From positions 1,152,001 through 1,216,000 of the forward strand of contig CAWIGG010000002.1 in NCBI GenBank assembly GCA_963835575.1: a DNA stretch of 64,000 nt. Direction: 5' to 3'. Position numbers and translations under genes: made by a program. The DNA is from an uncultured Spirochaetota bacterium. GTDB taxonomy: Bacteria; Spirochaetota; Brevinematia; Brevinematales; JAOACQ01. The stretch's first letter is position 1. Every line of letters starts with the position of its first letter. A model generated the notes under the pieces. That model saw nothing but the letters and a program-made list of their open reading frames with translations. It had not been told where the DNA came from and did not search any database. This document shows, piece by piece, positions 1 to 10,864 of the stretch.

Positions 1-335
1 AAAGTAAAAGGAATATCAGTTCCCGTATATTTAGCTATAATGATCCTGCCTTCTTCATCAAATTCTTTAATACCGAAGCCTTTTTCTATTACTCCGGGTT
101 TGTTTTTAGAATAAAGCGCAGTACCGCTGTATCCGGGCCTTAGCGCAGAGTTCCAGATTGATACATAACCATTAGGATTAAGAATTTGAGGATTATCTTT
201 TTCAATCTGTTCCGGAGTTGCTTTAATTTCCTGGAGGCCGATGATATCAGCGTTCAGTTCTTTAAATGTTTTTTCAAATCCGTTTTTCACGCATGCGCGC
301 AGGCCGTTAACATTCCATGATAATATTTTTAACAT
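1..335 (-). CDS. xth: Exodeoxyribonuclease III (5' part; runs off the window start)
   Basis: Manual minus-strand translation from ATG at 335 gives MLKILSWNVNGLRAC...ADIIGLQEIKA...GYSGTA, the ExoIII/AP-endonuclease N-terminal motifs. Not in the ORF track. Confidence 0.92.
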   Translation of the reverse strand, partial: MLKILSWNVNGLRACVKNGFEKTFKELNADIIGLQEIKATPEQIEKDNPQILNPNGYVSIWNSALRPGYSGTALYSKNKPGVIEKGFGIKEFDEEGRIIIAKYTGTDIPFT

Positions 336-402
336 TAATTTATATCTCCAAAGGGTTAAATTTGCTTAAGAATATGCAATGATACATCATGGTAATATAA
401 CT

Positions 403-431
403 TTGACAATTCATCAAATCTTCATTAAACT
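403..431 (+). promoter_or_regulatory. Sigma-70-type promoter for tyrS-cobB
   Basis: TTGACA (403-408), 17 nt spacer, TAAACT (426-431), followed by AAGGAG RBS. Confidence 0.6.
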
Positions 432-469
432 AATTCTATAATGAGAAAGTAAAAGGAGACTGCACAAGC

Positions 470-1675
470 ATGATATCCAGATATTCTTTAGAAGAGCAAA
501 TGAAGATCCTCTCACGAGGCACAGTAGAGATCATTCCTGAGGATGAATTAAAAGAAAAGCTTAAAAAATCCATTTCGGAGAACAAACCTCTAAAAATCAA
601 ATTCGGAGCGGACCCTTCCGCTCCCGATCTTCATCTTGGCCACACAGTTCCTCTCAGAAAATTAAAGCAGTTCCAGGATCTCGGCCATGAAGTATATTTT
701 CTTATCGGCGATTTTACCGGGATGATTGGCGACCCGACTGGTAAATCCCAGACCAGAAAAAGGCTGACAAAAGAGGAAGTATTAATAAACGCTGAAACTT
801 ATAAATCGCAGATATTCAAAATTCTTGATCCTAAAAAAACAAAAATAGTGTTTAACAGCGACTGGTGCTCAAAAATGACCTTCGGAGATGTTCTCGAGCT
901 GACAGCACATTATACTGTCGCAAGGCTTTTGGAGAGGGATGATTTTAACAAAAGGTATAAAGACGGTAAACCTATTTCGATGATAGAATTTATGTATCCG
1001 CTTATACAGGGCTATGATTCCGTTTTCCTTCATTCCGATGTTGAGATCGGAGGTACCGACCAGAAGTTTAATTTATTGGTCGGCAGAGCTTTACAGTCTG
1101 AATATGGTCAGGAAGAGCAGATCGTATTTACTATGCCTCTTCTGGAAGGTACTGACGGCGTTAATAAAATGAGCAAGTCGCTCGGCAACTATATCGGCAT
1201 CAGCGAACAACCCGGCCAGATATTCGGTAAAATCATGTCCATACCGGATAAAATGATTTCAAAATACTTCGAGCTTCTCACCGATGTGTCAATAGATGAG
1301 ATAAAAAGTTTTGAAAATAAAATGAAACAAGGTCAGAACCCCCGGGATTATAAAGTGATGCTGGGTAAAACAATTGTATCCCAGTATTATAGTAATGAAG
1401 ACGCTGAAAAAGCTTTTGAAGAATTTGAAAGAGTTTTTAAAGAAAAGGGTCTGCCGGATGAAATTGAGGAATTTCCCCTGCAGAATGCTATGAATTTGAT
1501 TGATATATTAATTCAATCAAAAGTACTTCCTTCCAAAAGCGAAGTGCGCAGGATGCTCCAACAGAACGCAGTTTCAATTGACGGTCTAAAGATTCAGGAA
1601 GAAAACCTGCTGCTGCAGCCCGGAGAGGAAATAATTATTAAAATCGGCAAAAGAAAATTCCTTAAAGTTAAGTAA
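470..1675 (+). CDS. tyrS: Tyrosine--tRNA ligase
   Basis: [13 protein letters not shown] (HIGH), [14 protein letters not shown]-terminal S4-like domain. Confidence 0.97.
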   Translation: MISRYSLEEQMKILSRGTVEIIPEDELKEKLKKSISENKPLKIKFGADPSAPDLHLGHTVPLRKLKQFQDLGHEVYFLIGDFTGMIGDPTGKSQTRKRLTKEEVLINAETYKSQIFKILDPKKTKIVFNSDWCSKMTFGDVLELTAHYTVARLLERDDFNKRYKDGKPISMIEFMYPLIQGYDSVFLHSDVEIGGTDQKFNLLVGRALQSEYGQEEQIVFTMPLLEGTDGVNKMSKSLGNYIGISEQPGQIFGKIMSIPDKMISKYFELLTDVSIDEIKSFENKMKQGQNPRDYKVMLGKTIVSQYYSNEDAEKAFEEFERVFKEKGLPDEIEEFPLQNAMNLIDILIQSKVLPSKSEVRRMLQQNAVSIDGLKIQEENLLLQPGEEIIIKIGKRKFLKVK

Positions 1676-1694
1676 ACACAGGAGTATTTATCTT

Positions 1695-2447
1695 ATGATA
1701 TTACAGGGAATGGATTTATTCATGGACCTCATTATGAAGTCCAGCTACATTGTGGCACTGACTGGAGCCGGTATTTCAACGCATGCCGGAATAACAGATT
1801 TCAGGGGACCAAATGGTCTTTATTCTAGAAAAGATATTCCGGCAGATAAGATCTTTGATATTAACTATTTTAAACAGGACCCTGCCCTATTTTACAATTT
1901 CATAAACGATTTATTAAACCTTTTTGAAAAGGCAAAACCGACTAAAGGTCATAAATTTTTAAAAAAACTGGAAACTCTCGGTAAATTAAAAGCAATTATA
2001 ACACAGAATATCGACGGTCTGCATAAAAAAGCCGGTAATTCAAATATAATCGAACTGCATGGGAATTTTGAAAAGTTTTATTGTATTGAATGCAATGATG
2101 AAATTTATCCTGACAGCCCGCCTTATAAAAAAATATTGTCTCTTATAAAGAGTAAAAAAGTCCCAAGATGCCAGAAATGCAATGGTATCATAAAACCTAA
2201 TATTGTATTTTTTGGCGAATATGTTCGAGATCTTGAGAAAGCTTTAACAGAAATACAAAAAGCTGATTTAATGATCACTATGGGCGCATCCCTTACTGTT
2301 TATCCCGCTTCTACGCTTCCTTCCTATCTTGCTGATTCATCGAAATTAGTAATTATCAATAATATGGAAACCCCTTTTGATACAAAAGCGAAAGTAGTTC
2401 TCCATGAAGATATTGATGATATTGTGGATAAACTTAAAATACTTTAA
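1695..2447 (+). CDS. cobB: NAD-dependent protein deacylase (Sir2 family)
   Basis: TGAGIS..GITDFRG, ITQNIDGLH, ELHG, two CxxC zinc pairs, KPNIVFFGE. Confidence 0.92.
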   Translation: MILQGMDLFMDLIMKSSYIVALTGAGISTHAGITDFRGPNGLYSRKDIPADKIFDINYFKQDPALFYNFINDLLNLFEKAKPTKGHKFLKKLETLGKLKAIITQNIDGLHKKAGNSNIIELHGNFEKFYCIECNDEIYPDSPPYKKILSLIKSKKVPRCQKCNGIIKPNIVFFGEYVRDLEKALTEIQKADLMITMGASLTVYPASTLPSYLADSSKLVIINNMETPFDTKAKVVLHEDIDDIVDKLKIL

Positions 2448-2556
2448 AAATATTTTTTGCAATATGAAAATTAATGATTATTTTATTTAATAGGATGTTT
2501 AATTATTACATTGATCATGTTTTCTTAGCAAATAAGTATTAACAATTGAGGAAAAA

Positions 2557-4062
2557 ATGCCGGAAGCTACAATACTAATCGTTGAAGATGAAATTTTATT
2601 TGCAAAAAACTTACAAAATACGCTTATATCTCAAGGTTACCAGGCGCCATTTATCTGCGACAATGGTAAAGATGCAATCGTTAAGGCGGAGGAAATTAAT
2701 CCCACTCTTGTACTTATGGATATTATGCTGAAGGGAAAAATGGACGGAATAGACGCCGCTGAATACCTTTATTTCAGATTAAATATACCTGTTATATTTA
2801 TCACCGCTTTTGCTGATGAAAAAACACTTAACCGTTCCAGAATAGCAGAGCCTTACGGCTATCTTTTAAAGCCGATTTCAGAAAGAGAGCTTCAAACAAC
2901 AATAGAAATGGCAATCCAAAAGCACAGATTGGAAAATAAATTAAAAGAAAAAGAAGAATGGCTTTCTTTTATTCTTGGTAATATAGAAGACGCCGTTTTT
3001 GTTACTAACAATAAATTGGAGATTAATTATATTAACCAGGCTGCCGAATCCTTAACAGGATTGACGCAAAAAGAAACCATTGGACTGCCGATAAAAGATA
3101 TTTTAATATTGCAGGAAATGGATAAAATTATAAATCTTGATAAAATTTTAAATAATGTAAAAAATAATAATAAAAAATTTGAAATAATGAGTGAATTTTC
3201 ATTAATTGATAAAGAACATAATAAAATACCTGTTAATGGAAGCATTTCACCTTTATGGGATGACAGGAATCTATTCATGGGCATTTTAATAGTTATTAGA
3301 GATATAACCTCACAAAAAAAAATAGAAAATGAAGTATTGAAATTGGAGAAATTAGAATCGCTCAGTCTTTTGGCCGGCGGAATCGCGCATGATTTTAATA
3401 ATATGCTGACAGCTGTTATCGGGAATCTATCGCTCTGCCGCCTCAATAATATAAAAAAAGATGAACTTAATTCATATCTCGAGGAATCTGAAAAAGCATG
3501 CCTGAGAGCAAAAGAACTTACTCAGCAGCTGATGACCTATGCAAAAGGAGGAACTCTTAACCTCAAAACTCATGATATACGTAATGTCATTCAATCAATT
3601 GTTTCATTTATAATACACGGGTCAAATATTAAACCGGTTTATGAATTTACAGATGATTTAAAATTAGTCAATATTGATTTGTCTCAAATCGAGCAGGTTA
3701 TACAAAACTTGGTAATTAATGCCAGAGAGGCGATGGCAGATGGAGGAATTTTAACAATAATAGCAGAGAATATAATTATTAATGATGAATCATTAATTAA
3801 ATCACCTGTGGAAAACATTCCATTAAAAAATGGAAATTATGTAAAAATTATTTTTAAAGATAACGGGAATGGAATTGCTGATAAAAACATCAAAAAAATA
3901 TTCGATCCTTATTTTACAACAAAACCTAATGGAACCGGGCTCGGATTACCCACAGCTTTTTCATTATTAAAAAAACATAATGGAGCTATTAGTGTTGAAT
4001 CAGAAATTGGGAAAGGTACAACTTTTATAATCTATCTTCCTGCTTCAAAGGAATCAAATTAA
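2557..4062 (+). CDS. Hybrid REC-PAS-histidine kinase
   Basis: N-terminal receiver (VEDE, LMDI, KP), PAS, AHDFNN H-box, NLVINA, DNGNG, FTTK..GTGLGL. Confidence 0.93.
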   Translation: MPEATILIVEDEILFAKNLQNTLISQGYQAPFICDNGKDAIVKAEEINPTLVLMDIMLKGKMDGIDAAEYLYFRLNIPVIFITAFADEKTLNRSRIAEPYGYLLKPISERELQTTIEMAIQKHRLENKLKEKEEWLSFILGNIEDAVFVTNNKLEINYINQAAESLTGLTQKETIGLPIKDILILQEMDKIINLDKILNNVKNNNKKFEIMSEFSLIDKEHNKIPVNGSISPLWDDRNLFMGILIVIRDITSQKKIENEVLKLEKLESLSLLAGGIAHDFNNMLTAVIGNLSLCRLNNIKKDELNSYLEESEKACLRAKELTQQLMTYAKGGTLNLKTHDIRNVIQSIVSFIIHGSNIKPVYEFTDDLKLVNIDLSQIEQVIQNLVINAREAMADGGILTIIAENIIINDESLIKSPVENIPLKNGNYVKIIFKDNGNGIADKNIKKIFDPYFTTKPNGTGLGLPTAFSLLKKHNGAISVESEIGKGTTFIIYLPASKESN

Positions 4063-4168
4063 ATAATTTATATGTTAGATTTATTATATACTTAATAATG
4101 AATACAATATTAATTAATTTTATACTTAAACTATCGAAGTAAAATTTATAAAAAAAAGGAGTATTTTA

Positions 4169-6601
4169 ATGGCTTTTTCAAAGAATGCGCTATTTATAAT
4201 GGATAAATTTTACTTAAAAAGAGATAAAGAAGGTCATCTGTTAGAAAATAACTATGAAGAAACATTCTCCCGTGTCGCTGATTTTGTAGCATCTGCTGAA
4301 AAGAATAAAGAATTGCAGAATAAAACTAAAAAACAATTATTCAACCTGATGATGGAACAAAAATTCATGTTCTCTTCACCTACTTTATTTAATGCCGGAT
4401 CTGATTTTCCCCTATCTTCCAGCTGTTTTGTAGGCGGATTAGATGATAATATGATTTCAATTATGAAGGCGGCTACGGATACGGCTATAACTTTTAAAGC
4501 CGGGGCAGGTATGGGATTAAACTTCGGGATTTTAAGACCGAAAGGAGCCCCTGTCGGCAGAGGCGGAACTTCAAGCGGCCCTGTCAGTTTTATGCATTTG
4601 TTTGATGAAGTCGGGGAAACCGTTAAAAGCGGCGGCGTACGCAGGGCCGCTTTTATGGCAATGATGGATATCAGCCACCCGGATATTGAAGAATTCATAA
4701 GCTCAAAAGACTTTATAGCGGGTTTAAAACTCAAATATCCCGATCTTTCAATAACCGATAATTTTGTTGAAAATATACTTCAAAGCGTTTCACAATGTCT
4801 TTCTTCTGAAATAAACGATTCTTCAATCATTCAAACTATTTATGCCGAATTAAGAAATAAATTATTTGAACCTCTCAGTAATATGAATATCAGTGTGGCC
4901 ATAACGGATGATTTTATGAAAGCGGTGAATGATGACGCCGAATTCTATCTAAAATATAATGAAACTAAAATTAAAATTATAGCCCGCGAGTTGTTTCATA
5001 AAATAGCGCTTTCCGCCTGGAGAACGGCAGATCCGGGTGTCTGGTTTATCGATAGGGCCAATGAATATGACACAGTCCCTTCACTTGGCAAAATACTATC
5101 TACCAATCCATGCGGAGAACAAAGTCTGCATAATTATACAAGCTGTAATCTTGGTTCTATCAATCTTACAAAATTTGTCATTAATGACAAATTCGATTAC
5201 AAATCTTTCCAGCAGGTAGTGGCTGTATTAGTTAGAGGACTGGATAATATAATTGATATTGCGGCATTCCCAACTGATGACTTTACAACCAACACCCGTA
5301 AAATCAGGCCGATAGGATTAGGATTTACGGGCCTGGCGGAAACAATGTATAAATTAAAAATCCCATATAATTCAGACAAAGGTTATGAATTTGCCGCGAA
5401 TGTGGCAAAAGCGATGACCCAGGTTGCAATAGAAGCTTCAATAGCGCTGGCGGAAGAAAAAGGGCCGTTTGAACTTTATAAATCAAATAAGAATAATGTT
5501 ATTGATGTTGTAAAAAAATTCTATGATACCGATGGAGAAAAAGATAAAATTGAGCAGATTATCAATAAATTCGGGATCAGAAACAGTAATTGGACAACCC
5601 TGGCTCCAACAGGCACAATCAGCCTCGTTCTGGATGCCTATACCTACTCTCTTGAGCCGCAATTCGCTCTCGCCTACAGTAAAAACTTAATTGACGGTGG
5701 AACTTTGACCTATGTTGATCCTGAATTTGAAAAAGCAGTGAAAAATAACAAGGAATTAATAATTAAAGTGATTGAAAATAATGGGAGCTGCCAGAATATC
5801 GATGAAATTCCTCAAGAAATTAAAGATATATTTGTAGTGGCGCATGATATTCACTATGAAGACAGGATAAAAATGCAGTCTTCTTTGCAAAAATATATTT
5901 CAAACAGCATTTCATCAACTATCAACCTTCCGAATATAATTACCGTTGAGGAAATTGAAAGCATATATTTGAAAGCCTGGGAATCCGGATTAAAAGGAAT
6001 TACCATATACCGTGACGGTGTAAAATATTTCCAGCCTATGACAACAGCTCAAAATACTGCCAATCAAAATAAAGAAAAAATGAATACATGCGGAAAATGG
6101 GCCCGCCCTAAAGCGCTGAAAGGTGAAATATTTAAAACAAAAACCGGAAGCGGCACGCTCTATACTTCTGTCGGTCTTGATGAAGAAGGATTCCCGGTAG
6201 AAATTTTCATAAATATCTCAAAACATGGTTCCGATGTATCTGCTTTTTCTGAAGCTCTGGGCAGGGTTATTTCAATTGCTCTGCAAAACGGTATTCCTGT
6301 AGAAAATATAGCCGAGACAATTATCGGAATCACCGGCGACTCATCAGCCTGGGATAATGGGAAACTCATTAAAAGCATTCCCGATGCCGTCGGCAGAATA
6401 TTGAAGGATTTCGCCGATAAAATAAATAAAACCGGTCAGGAACAGGAATTGTTTAAAATAGAAAATGTCAAATCAGACAGAGAAGAAAGGCCGGCAGTAA
6501 TAAAAGGAGCCCAAACCTGTCCAAACTGCGGTGAAAAGGCATATATCAAAACTGAAGACTGCAACAATTGTCTGTCTTGCGGCTTCTCTAAATGCAGTTG
6601 A
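4169..6601 (+). CDS. nrdJ: Class II (B12-dependent) ribonucleotide reductase with C-terminal TSCPD/zinc-ribbon region
   Basis: SSPTLFNAG, SSCF, TNPCGEQ, SCNLGSINL, APTGTIS, KGITIYRDG, SIPDAV, C-terminal CPNC...CLSCGFSKC. Confidence 0.93.
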   Translation: MAFSKNALFIMDKFYLKRDKEGHLLENNYEETFSRVADFVASAEKNKELQNKTKKQLFNLMMEQKFMFSSPTLFNAGSDFPLSSSCFVGGLDDNMISIMKAATDTAITFKAGAGMGLNFGILRPKGAPVGRGGTSSGPVSFMHLFDEVGETVKSGGVRRAAFMAMMDISHPDIEEFISSKDFIAGLKLKYPDLSITDNFVENILQSVSQCLSSEINDSSIIQTIYAELRNKLFEPLSNMNISVAITDDFMKAVNDDAEFYLKYNETKIKIIARELFHKIALSAWRTADPGVWFIDRANEYDTVPSLGKILSTNPCGEQSLHNYTSCNLGSINLTKFVINDKFDYKSFQQVVAVLVRGLDNIIDIAAFPTDDFTTNTRKIRPIGLGFTGLAETMYKLKIPYNSDKGYEFAANVAKAMTQVAIEASIALAEEKGPFELYKSNKNNVIDVVKKFYDTDGEKDKIEQIINKFGIRNSNWTTLAPTGTISLVLDAYTYSLEPQFALAYSKNLIDGGTLTYVDPEFEKAVKNNKELIIKVIENNGSCQNIDEIPQEIKDIFVVAHDIHYEDRIKMQSSLQKYISNSISSTINLPNIITVEEIESIYLKAWESGLKGITIYRDGVKYFQPMTTAQNTANQNKEKMNTCGKWARPKALKGEIFKTKTGSGTLYTSVGLDEEGFPVEIFINISKHGSDVSAFSEALGRVISIALQNGIPVENIAETIIGITGDSSAWDNGKLIKSIPDAVGRILKDFADKINKTGQEQELFKIENVKSDREERPAVIKGAQTCPNCGEKAYIKTEDCNNCLSCGFSKCS

Positions 6602-6767
6602 TTACTATCTCTTATTATTATAAAGAATTATAATCACTTCTGATTTTAAATAAAACTTTAACTTTATCTATTTCATCATATCTTAAATCTGCAATATCTT
6701 GAAAATGTTTTTTTATAACAATTGTTATATTAATTTCGATATCATATTATCCGATAATTCAATTAGT

Positions 6768-8006
6768 ATGAAAAGAATAATTGAAAAATTTATTGATTAT
6801 ATAACAAATTTAAAAAATGAACTGAAAGTATTTTACTATCTTTTTAAAAAAGAGAATGTGTTCAGATATTTTCTTATCATTTTTTTTCTGATGATTATAT
6901 CCGGAATTCTTTTTATATTTCTTGAATATGACCAGCTTATTGCGGCAAACGGAAACAACAATCTTTCATTTTTTAATAAAATAATAACAGCCATGTACTG
7001 GGCAATAGTGACAATTGCGACATGCGGTTACGGAGATATAACACCATCTACTCCTGCCGGAAGAATACTTGTTATTATTGTTCTTTATTTAAGCGTCGCT
7101 GCAGTATCTCTTTTTACTGCAAATTTAGCCTCCGCTTTAACAACCAAAAAAATGATGGAAAGGAGAGGTATCATGAATTTGGGAGAATTAAAAGATCATT
7201 TTATTATATGCGGGTGGAAAAACTCGATGAATCAGATCCTTTCTGAAATATTATTTCACAATCCTAAGCTTAATTTAAAAAAAATAATAATAATTGCCAA
7301 TGTTGAACCGGATACAATTGAATTGTTTTATCAGCAATACCCTGAGTTTCAGCAGATTATTATCCTGCGCGGCGAGCATTATAATGAAACTTTATTAAAA
7401 AAAGCAAACATTCAAAAAGCAAATAAAGTACTTATTCTTGCGGATGAAAGCACGCCGTCATCACCAACAGAAGTAGACTCAAAAAGTGTAATGACAGCAA
7501 TGACCATTTATTCTATTTCTAATAATATAAAAGTCAGCGCGGAACTTCTGGATATTAAATTTGAAAAATATCTTAAATCGGCTCATGTTGAAGAAATTAT
7601 TTATACAAATGAATACAATAAAGTGCTTATTGCCAATTCATTTACGCAAATTGGCATTACAAAAATAATAAATAATCTTCTTAACGCAAATATGCCCGGA
7701 TATATCGCGACTGAAAAGATCCCGCATTCATATGTAGGAAAATGTTTTTCCGATTTAAGAAATTATTTTAAGGATCATAAAAATTCCATATTAATCGGAC
7801 TTCTTGAGAATGTCGGTGGTTATATACAAAGAAAAAAAGAAGCTATTCGTGAGGCGCAAAAAACAGCCGATGTAAAGAAACTCATCAATAACTTGAAAGC
7901 TGCTAAAAACATGGAAAATAATCTGCCGAATATAAATCCTGATGATTCTTACATTATCCCTTTTAATTCTATGGCGGTTCTTATTGAGAGAGAGAAAAAT
8001 TTATGA
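6768..8006 (+). CDS. Two-TM potassium channel with C-terminal RCK (TrkA-N-like) domain
   Basis: TM helix, pore YWAIVTIATCGYGDITP, TM helix, then HFIICGW and KKANIQKANKVLILAD RCK motifs. ATG 6768 preferred over the TTG at 6699. Confidence 0.9.
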   Translation: MKRIIEKFIDYITNLKNELKVFYYLFKKENVFRYFLIIFFLMIISGILFIFLEYDQLIAANGNNNLSFFNKIITAMYWAIVTIATCGYGDITPSTPAGRILVIIVLYLSVAAVSLFTANLASALTTKKMMERRGIMNLGELKDHFIICGWKNSMNQILSEILFHNPKLNLKKIIIIANVEPDTIELFYQQYPEFQQIIILRGEHYNETLLKKANIQKANKVLILADESTPSSPTEVDSKSVMTAMTIYSISNNIKVSAELLDIKFEKYLKSAHVEEIIYTNEYNKVLIANSFTQIGITKIINNLLNANMPGYIATEKIPHSYVGKCFSDLRNYFKDHKNSILIGLLENVGGYIQRKKEAIREAQKTADVKKLINNLKAAKNMENNLPNINPDDSYIIPFNSMAVLIEREKNL

Positions 8007-8497
8007 ATATAATTGAAAGATTAAAAACAATCTCGCTTTTTTCAGAAATAAAAAATAACGATACGGCTTTAAAAAAAATCGGGAATATTATTAGAAAAGA
8101 AAATATCGCTGCCGGTTCATGCATAATAAAGGAAGGTGAAGTCGGCGACAAAATGTATATTTTAAACAAAGGAACGGTAAAAATAGAAAAAAAGACTCTG
8201 GCAAATGATAGTTTTACTGTAGATATTCTCCATGACAACATGAATATATTCTTTGGTGAAATCGCGCTTATGGATAATGATCTCCGGTCTGCATCAGTTA
8301 TCGCCGTTAATGATTGTGAATGCTATGTGATAAATAAAGATGATTTCGATAAATTATGTAAAAATAATCCTGAAATAGGTTATTATATTATAAAAGAGAT
8401 CGCTGTATCTCTTTCTTCTAAATTCAGGAAAATTACACAGGATAATGTTAATTTAATTGACGCTATTATTAGAGATGATAATGAGAATAGCAATTAA
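8003..8497 (+). CDS. Stand-alone cyclic nucleotide-binding domain protein
   Basis: IIKEGEVGDKMYIL..G and FFGEIALMDNDLRSASV phosphate-binding cassette; no HTH; ATGA overlap with the channel gene. Confidence 0.9.
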   Translation: MNIIERLKTISLFSEIKNNDTALKKIGNIIRKENIAAGSCIIKEGEVGDKMYILNKGTVKIEKKTLANDSFTVDILHDNMNIFFGEIALMDNDLRSASVIAVNDCECYVINKDDFDKLCKNNPEIGYYIIKEIAVSLSSKFRKITQDNVNLIDAIIRDDNENSN

Positions 8498-9732
8498 GAT
8501 TGTTTTTTAGTTTCAGTAATAGTAACATATTTAACATACTTTTTTATTAGATTTGATAAGTCATTCTTTTTAGAGTCTTCGTCATAGATAAATTCAAAAG
8601 CGACATTTAATCCGGCATTCTCCCCCGGCATATAATGATATCTGACTACTCTGGAAGGTATATCCAGATTTTTATCATCAGCTTTGAGATTGACAAGAAC
8701 AATATTATTCTCTTTTATTGAATGTGTGAGATAGATATTCTTGGTGTTTGCTAATATACCTCCGATAGACACATCAACAACTTTAAAATTTGTATTGGCA
8801 TTCTGAACTTCACCCTGGCTTTTTACAATCACTTCACCAAGTATATCTGCCAGACCTTTTATATAAAATATTTCATAAATAGTCAGCTTTTTATATGCCG
8901 GATCATTCGGTACTGAAACTTCAATAACCCCGACAACTCTTTCTCCGACAATTATAGGCACCATTGCGTATGAATCAATGCCTTTAGAAATATAATTTTG
9001 GCGTATTTGTTCCAATATATCAGGCGCCATTGCTTTTTTTATCAGCTCAAAATATTTTTCATAACCAATAATGCTGTATTTATCTCCTAAATGAAGATAA
9101 TTATTTAAATTATCCGTATCGCCTATCCAGAATGTTTTTTTATATATATTAACAACTTTTTCAATGGGTGATAAATTACTCATATCTTTAAATAGGTTAA
9201 TCCTGAAACGATTTGTATAGCGTGATAATTCATCTCCAATCATACCAATTATCTTTTTTAAATCAGGGGATTCAACCTGCAGTTCCAGATATATATTTCT
9301 GAGAGTAGCTGGAAGTTCATCAACATTAATATTAATATTTCCTTCCTGTGATTTTGATTCGACTTTTTTTATATTGAATTGAAGTATTTCAGCAACATCA
9401 ACCCTGGTAAACTTTCTGATAGAATGATAAAATAATTTTTCCGGTAATAAGATTTCTATATTTTTTAAAGGTATATTCAATTGTTTAACATTTGTAGTGA
9501 TTGAAGAATAAAAGTTCCTGTTATAGTCAAAGGATAATTTCAAGTTTTTCAAAGGAACAAAATCCGGAATTTGCTCAAAGAATATTGAAATGGAGTTTGT
9601 ATCAGCTTTTGTAACAAAACCTGAAGTGGAGAACTTTCTTTCTTTTTCCCTCAAAGCGACTGTCAAATGTTTTAAGCGGATGTTATTGAGAAGCGCAACG
9701 ATTTCATTTCGCTGCGTCACTTCTTTTTCCAC
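8494..9732 (-). CDS. PilZ-domain protein with central GAF-like domain (spirochete DUF1577-like)
   Basis: RKFTRV (RxxxR), SYAMVPIIVGERVVGVIEV (GAF-like), DVSIGG (DxSxxG). Confidence 0.7.
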   Translation of the reverse strand: MEKEVTQRNEIVALLNNIRLKHLTVALREKERKFSTSGFVTKADTNSISIFFEQIPDFVPLKNLKLSFDYNRNFYSSITTNVKQLNIPLKNIEILLPEKLFYHSIRKFTRVDVAEILQFNIKKVESKSQEGNININVDELPATLRNIYLELQVESPDLKKIIGMIGDELSRYTNRFRINLFKDMSNLSPIEKVVNIYKKTFWIGDTDNLNNYLHLGDKYSIIGYEKYFELIKKAMAPDILEQIRQNYISKGIDSYAMVPIIVGERVVGVIEVSVPNDPAYKKLTIYEIFYIKGLADILGEVIVKSQGEVQNANTNFKVVDVSIGGILANTKNIYLTHSIKENNIVLVNLKADDKNLDIPSRVVRYHYMPGENAGLNVAFEFIYDEDSKKNDLSNLIKKYVKYVTITETKKQS

Positions 9733-9748
9733 ATTGCCCCCACTAAAA

Positions 9749-10759
9749 TCATGGATTTATTTTCCATATTTTAATTGTTCTATCACGGGAACCGGATGCT
9801 AAAAAGGCATCATCAGAACTCAAGCTGAGAGTCATAACATCTCCTAAGTGTTCCCGCATTTTATAAATCAATTCTCCTTTTTCAATATCAAAAACATTAA
9901 TCATATCATCATTACCGCCGGAATAAATCAGCTTTTCATCTTTTGAAAATAGCGCAACTAAAACGCTTCCGATATGACCTTTCAGAAGACGATATGGAGC
10001 TGAATAATCCCCCCATTTCCATACGCTTATTGTTGAGTCGGCACTTGCACAGAGAATAAACTTCCCTGTCGACGATATATTTACATATTCAATTGGATAC
10101 TCATGAAATTTTACTTCTTTCTCTAATTCCAAACTTGGAAATTTCCAAATCTTGAAATACCCATCTTCACCGCCGCTTATTGCATAATTACCATCCGGTG
10201 ATATACATGCGCTCCATACCTCTTGATTATGGGCCTTTACATTCGTATAAAGAGCAAGGTTTGGCATTGTCCATACCTTTAACTGGCTGTCAACACCGGC
10301 AGAGATAATATACTGACTGTTTGGAGAAATATCAAGCGATTGTATTCCTTTTTTATGCGCGTAAACATTTGTAATTTCTTCAAAATTACCTACTGATATA
10401 ATTTTCAAAGTCTCATATGAGCCATAGACAAAGTACTTATTATCCTTTGAAAATTTCAAAGGTATACCCCATATATCATAATATTTTTCTTTAAAGACCT
10501 TAACCGGGCTCCAATTTAATGTATTCCAAATGATAACGCTTTTATCCGCACTGCCGGATGCTAAATACTTCATATCTTGAGAAAAATTCACATAAAAAAC
10601 ATAAAGTTTATGCTCTTTCAATTCTTTTATTATACTTAAATTAAAATTTCCATAATTGATATTTGTATCTTTGTTTTCGAGTTTAACTATATTTTTTTCG
10701 CAAGACAATATTGAAATAAAAACAATAGAAAAAAACAATATAATATAAAAATGTTTCAT
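9749..10759 (-). CDS. WD40 beta-propeller lipoprotein
   Basis: Signal peptide ending ILSC (lipobox), about 7 GH...SGSxD..IKIW repeats. Confidence 0.9.
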   Translation of the reverse strand: MKHFYIILFFSIVFISILSCEKNIVKLENKDTNINYGNFNLSIIKELKEHKLYVFYVNFSQDMKYLASGSADKSVIIWNTLNWSPVKVFKEKYYDIWGIPLKFSKDNKYFVYGSYETLKIISVGNFEEITNVYAHKKGIQSLDISPNSQYIISAGVDSQLKVWTMPNLALYTNVKAHNQEVWSACISPDGNYAISGGEDGYFKIWKFPSLELEKEVKFHEYPIEYVNISSTGKFILCASADSTISVWKWGDYSAPYRLLKGHIGSVLVALFSKDEKLIYSGGNDDMINVFDIEKGELIYKMREHLGDVMTLSLSSDDAFLASGSRDRTIKIWKINP

Positions 10760-10779
10760 TTTTATTCCTTCCAATAAGG

Positions 10780-10811
10780 AAAAAGGCTGAGAACCTCCTC
10801 AGCCTTTTTTT
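10780..10811. terminator. Intrinsic terminator downstream of the flaA pair
   Basis: AAAAAGGCTGAG-aacctc-CTCAGCCTTTTT. Confidence 0.75.
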
Positions 10812-10864
10812 AAATTAATAATTAATAGCGTAAAAATATAATTCAGTAAAATATTAGTTCTATA

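Noticed and set aside
1695..2447. Sir2 protein as an anti-phage NADase (Thoeris/DSR type)
   Set aside because: Zinc-binding CobB-type sirtuin in a housekeeping context after tyrS, with no defence partners
4063..4168. NrdR boxes or a cobalamin riboswitch upstream of nrdJ
   Set aside because: The region is short and almost all A/T; no convincing tandem NrdR box or riboswitch core
4710..4875. Insert of about 55 aa in NrdJ between FISSKD and LSNMNISV as a possible intein or intron
   Set aside because: No Cys/Ser start or His-Asn end, too short, in frame, and at a position that is commonly variable in class II RNRs
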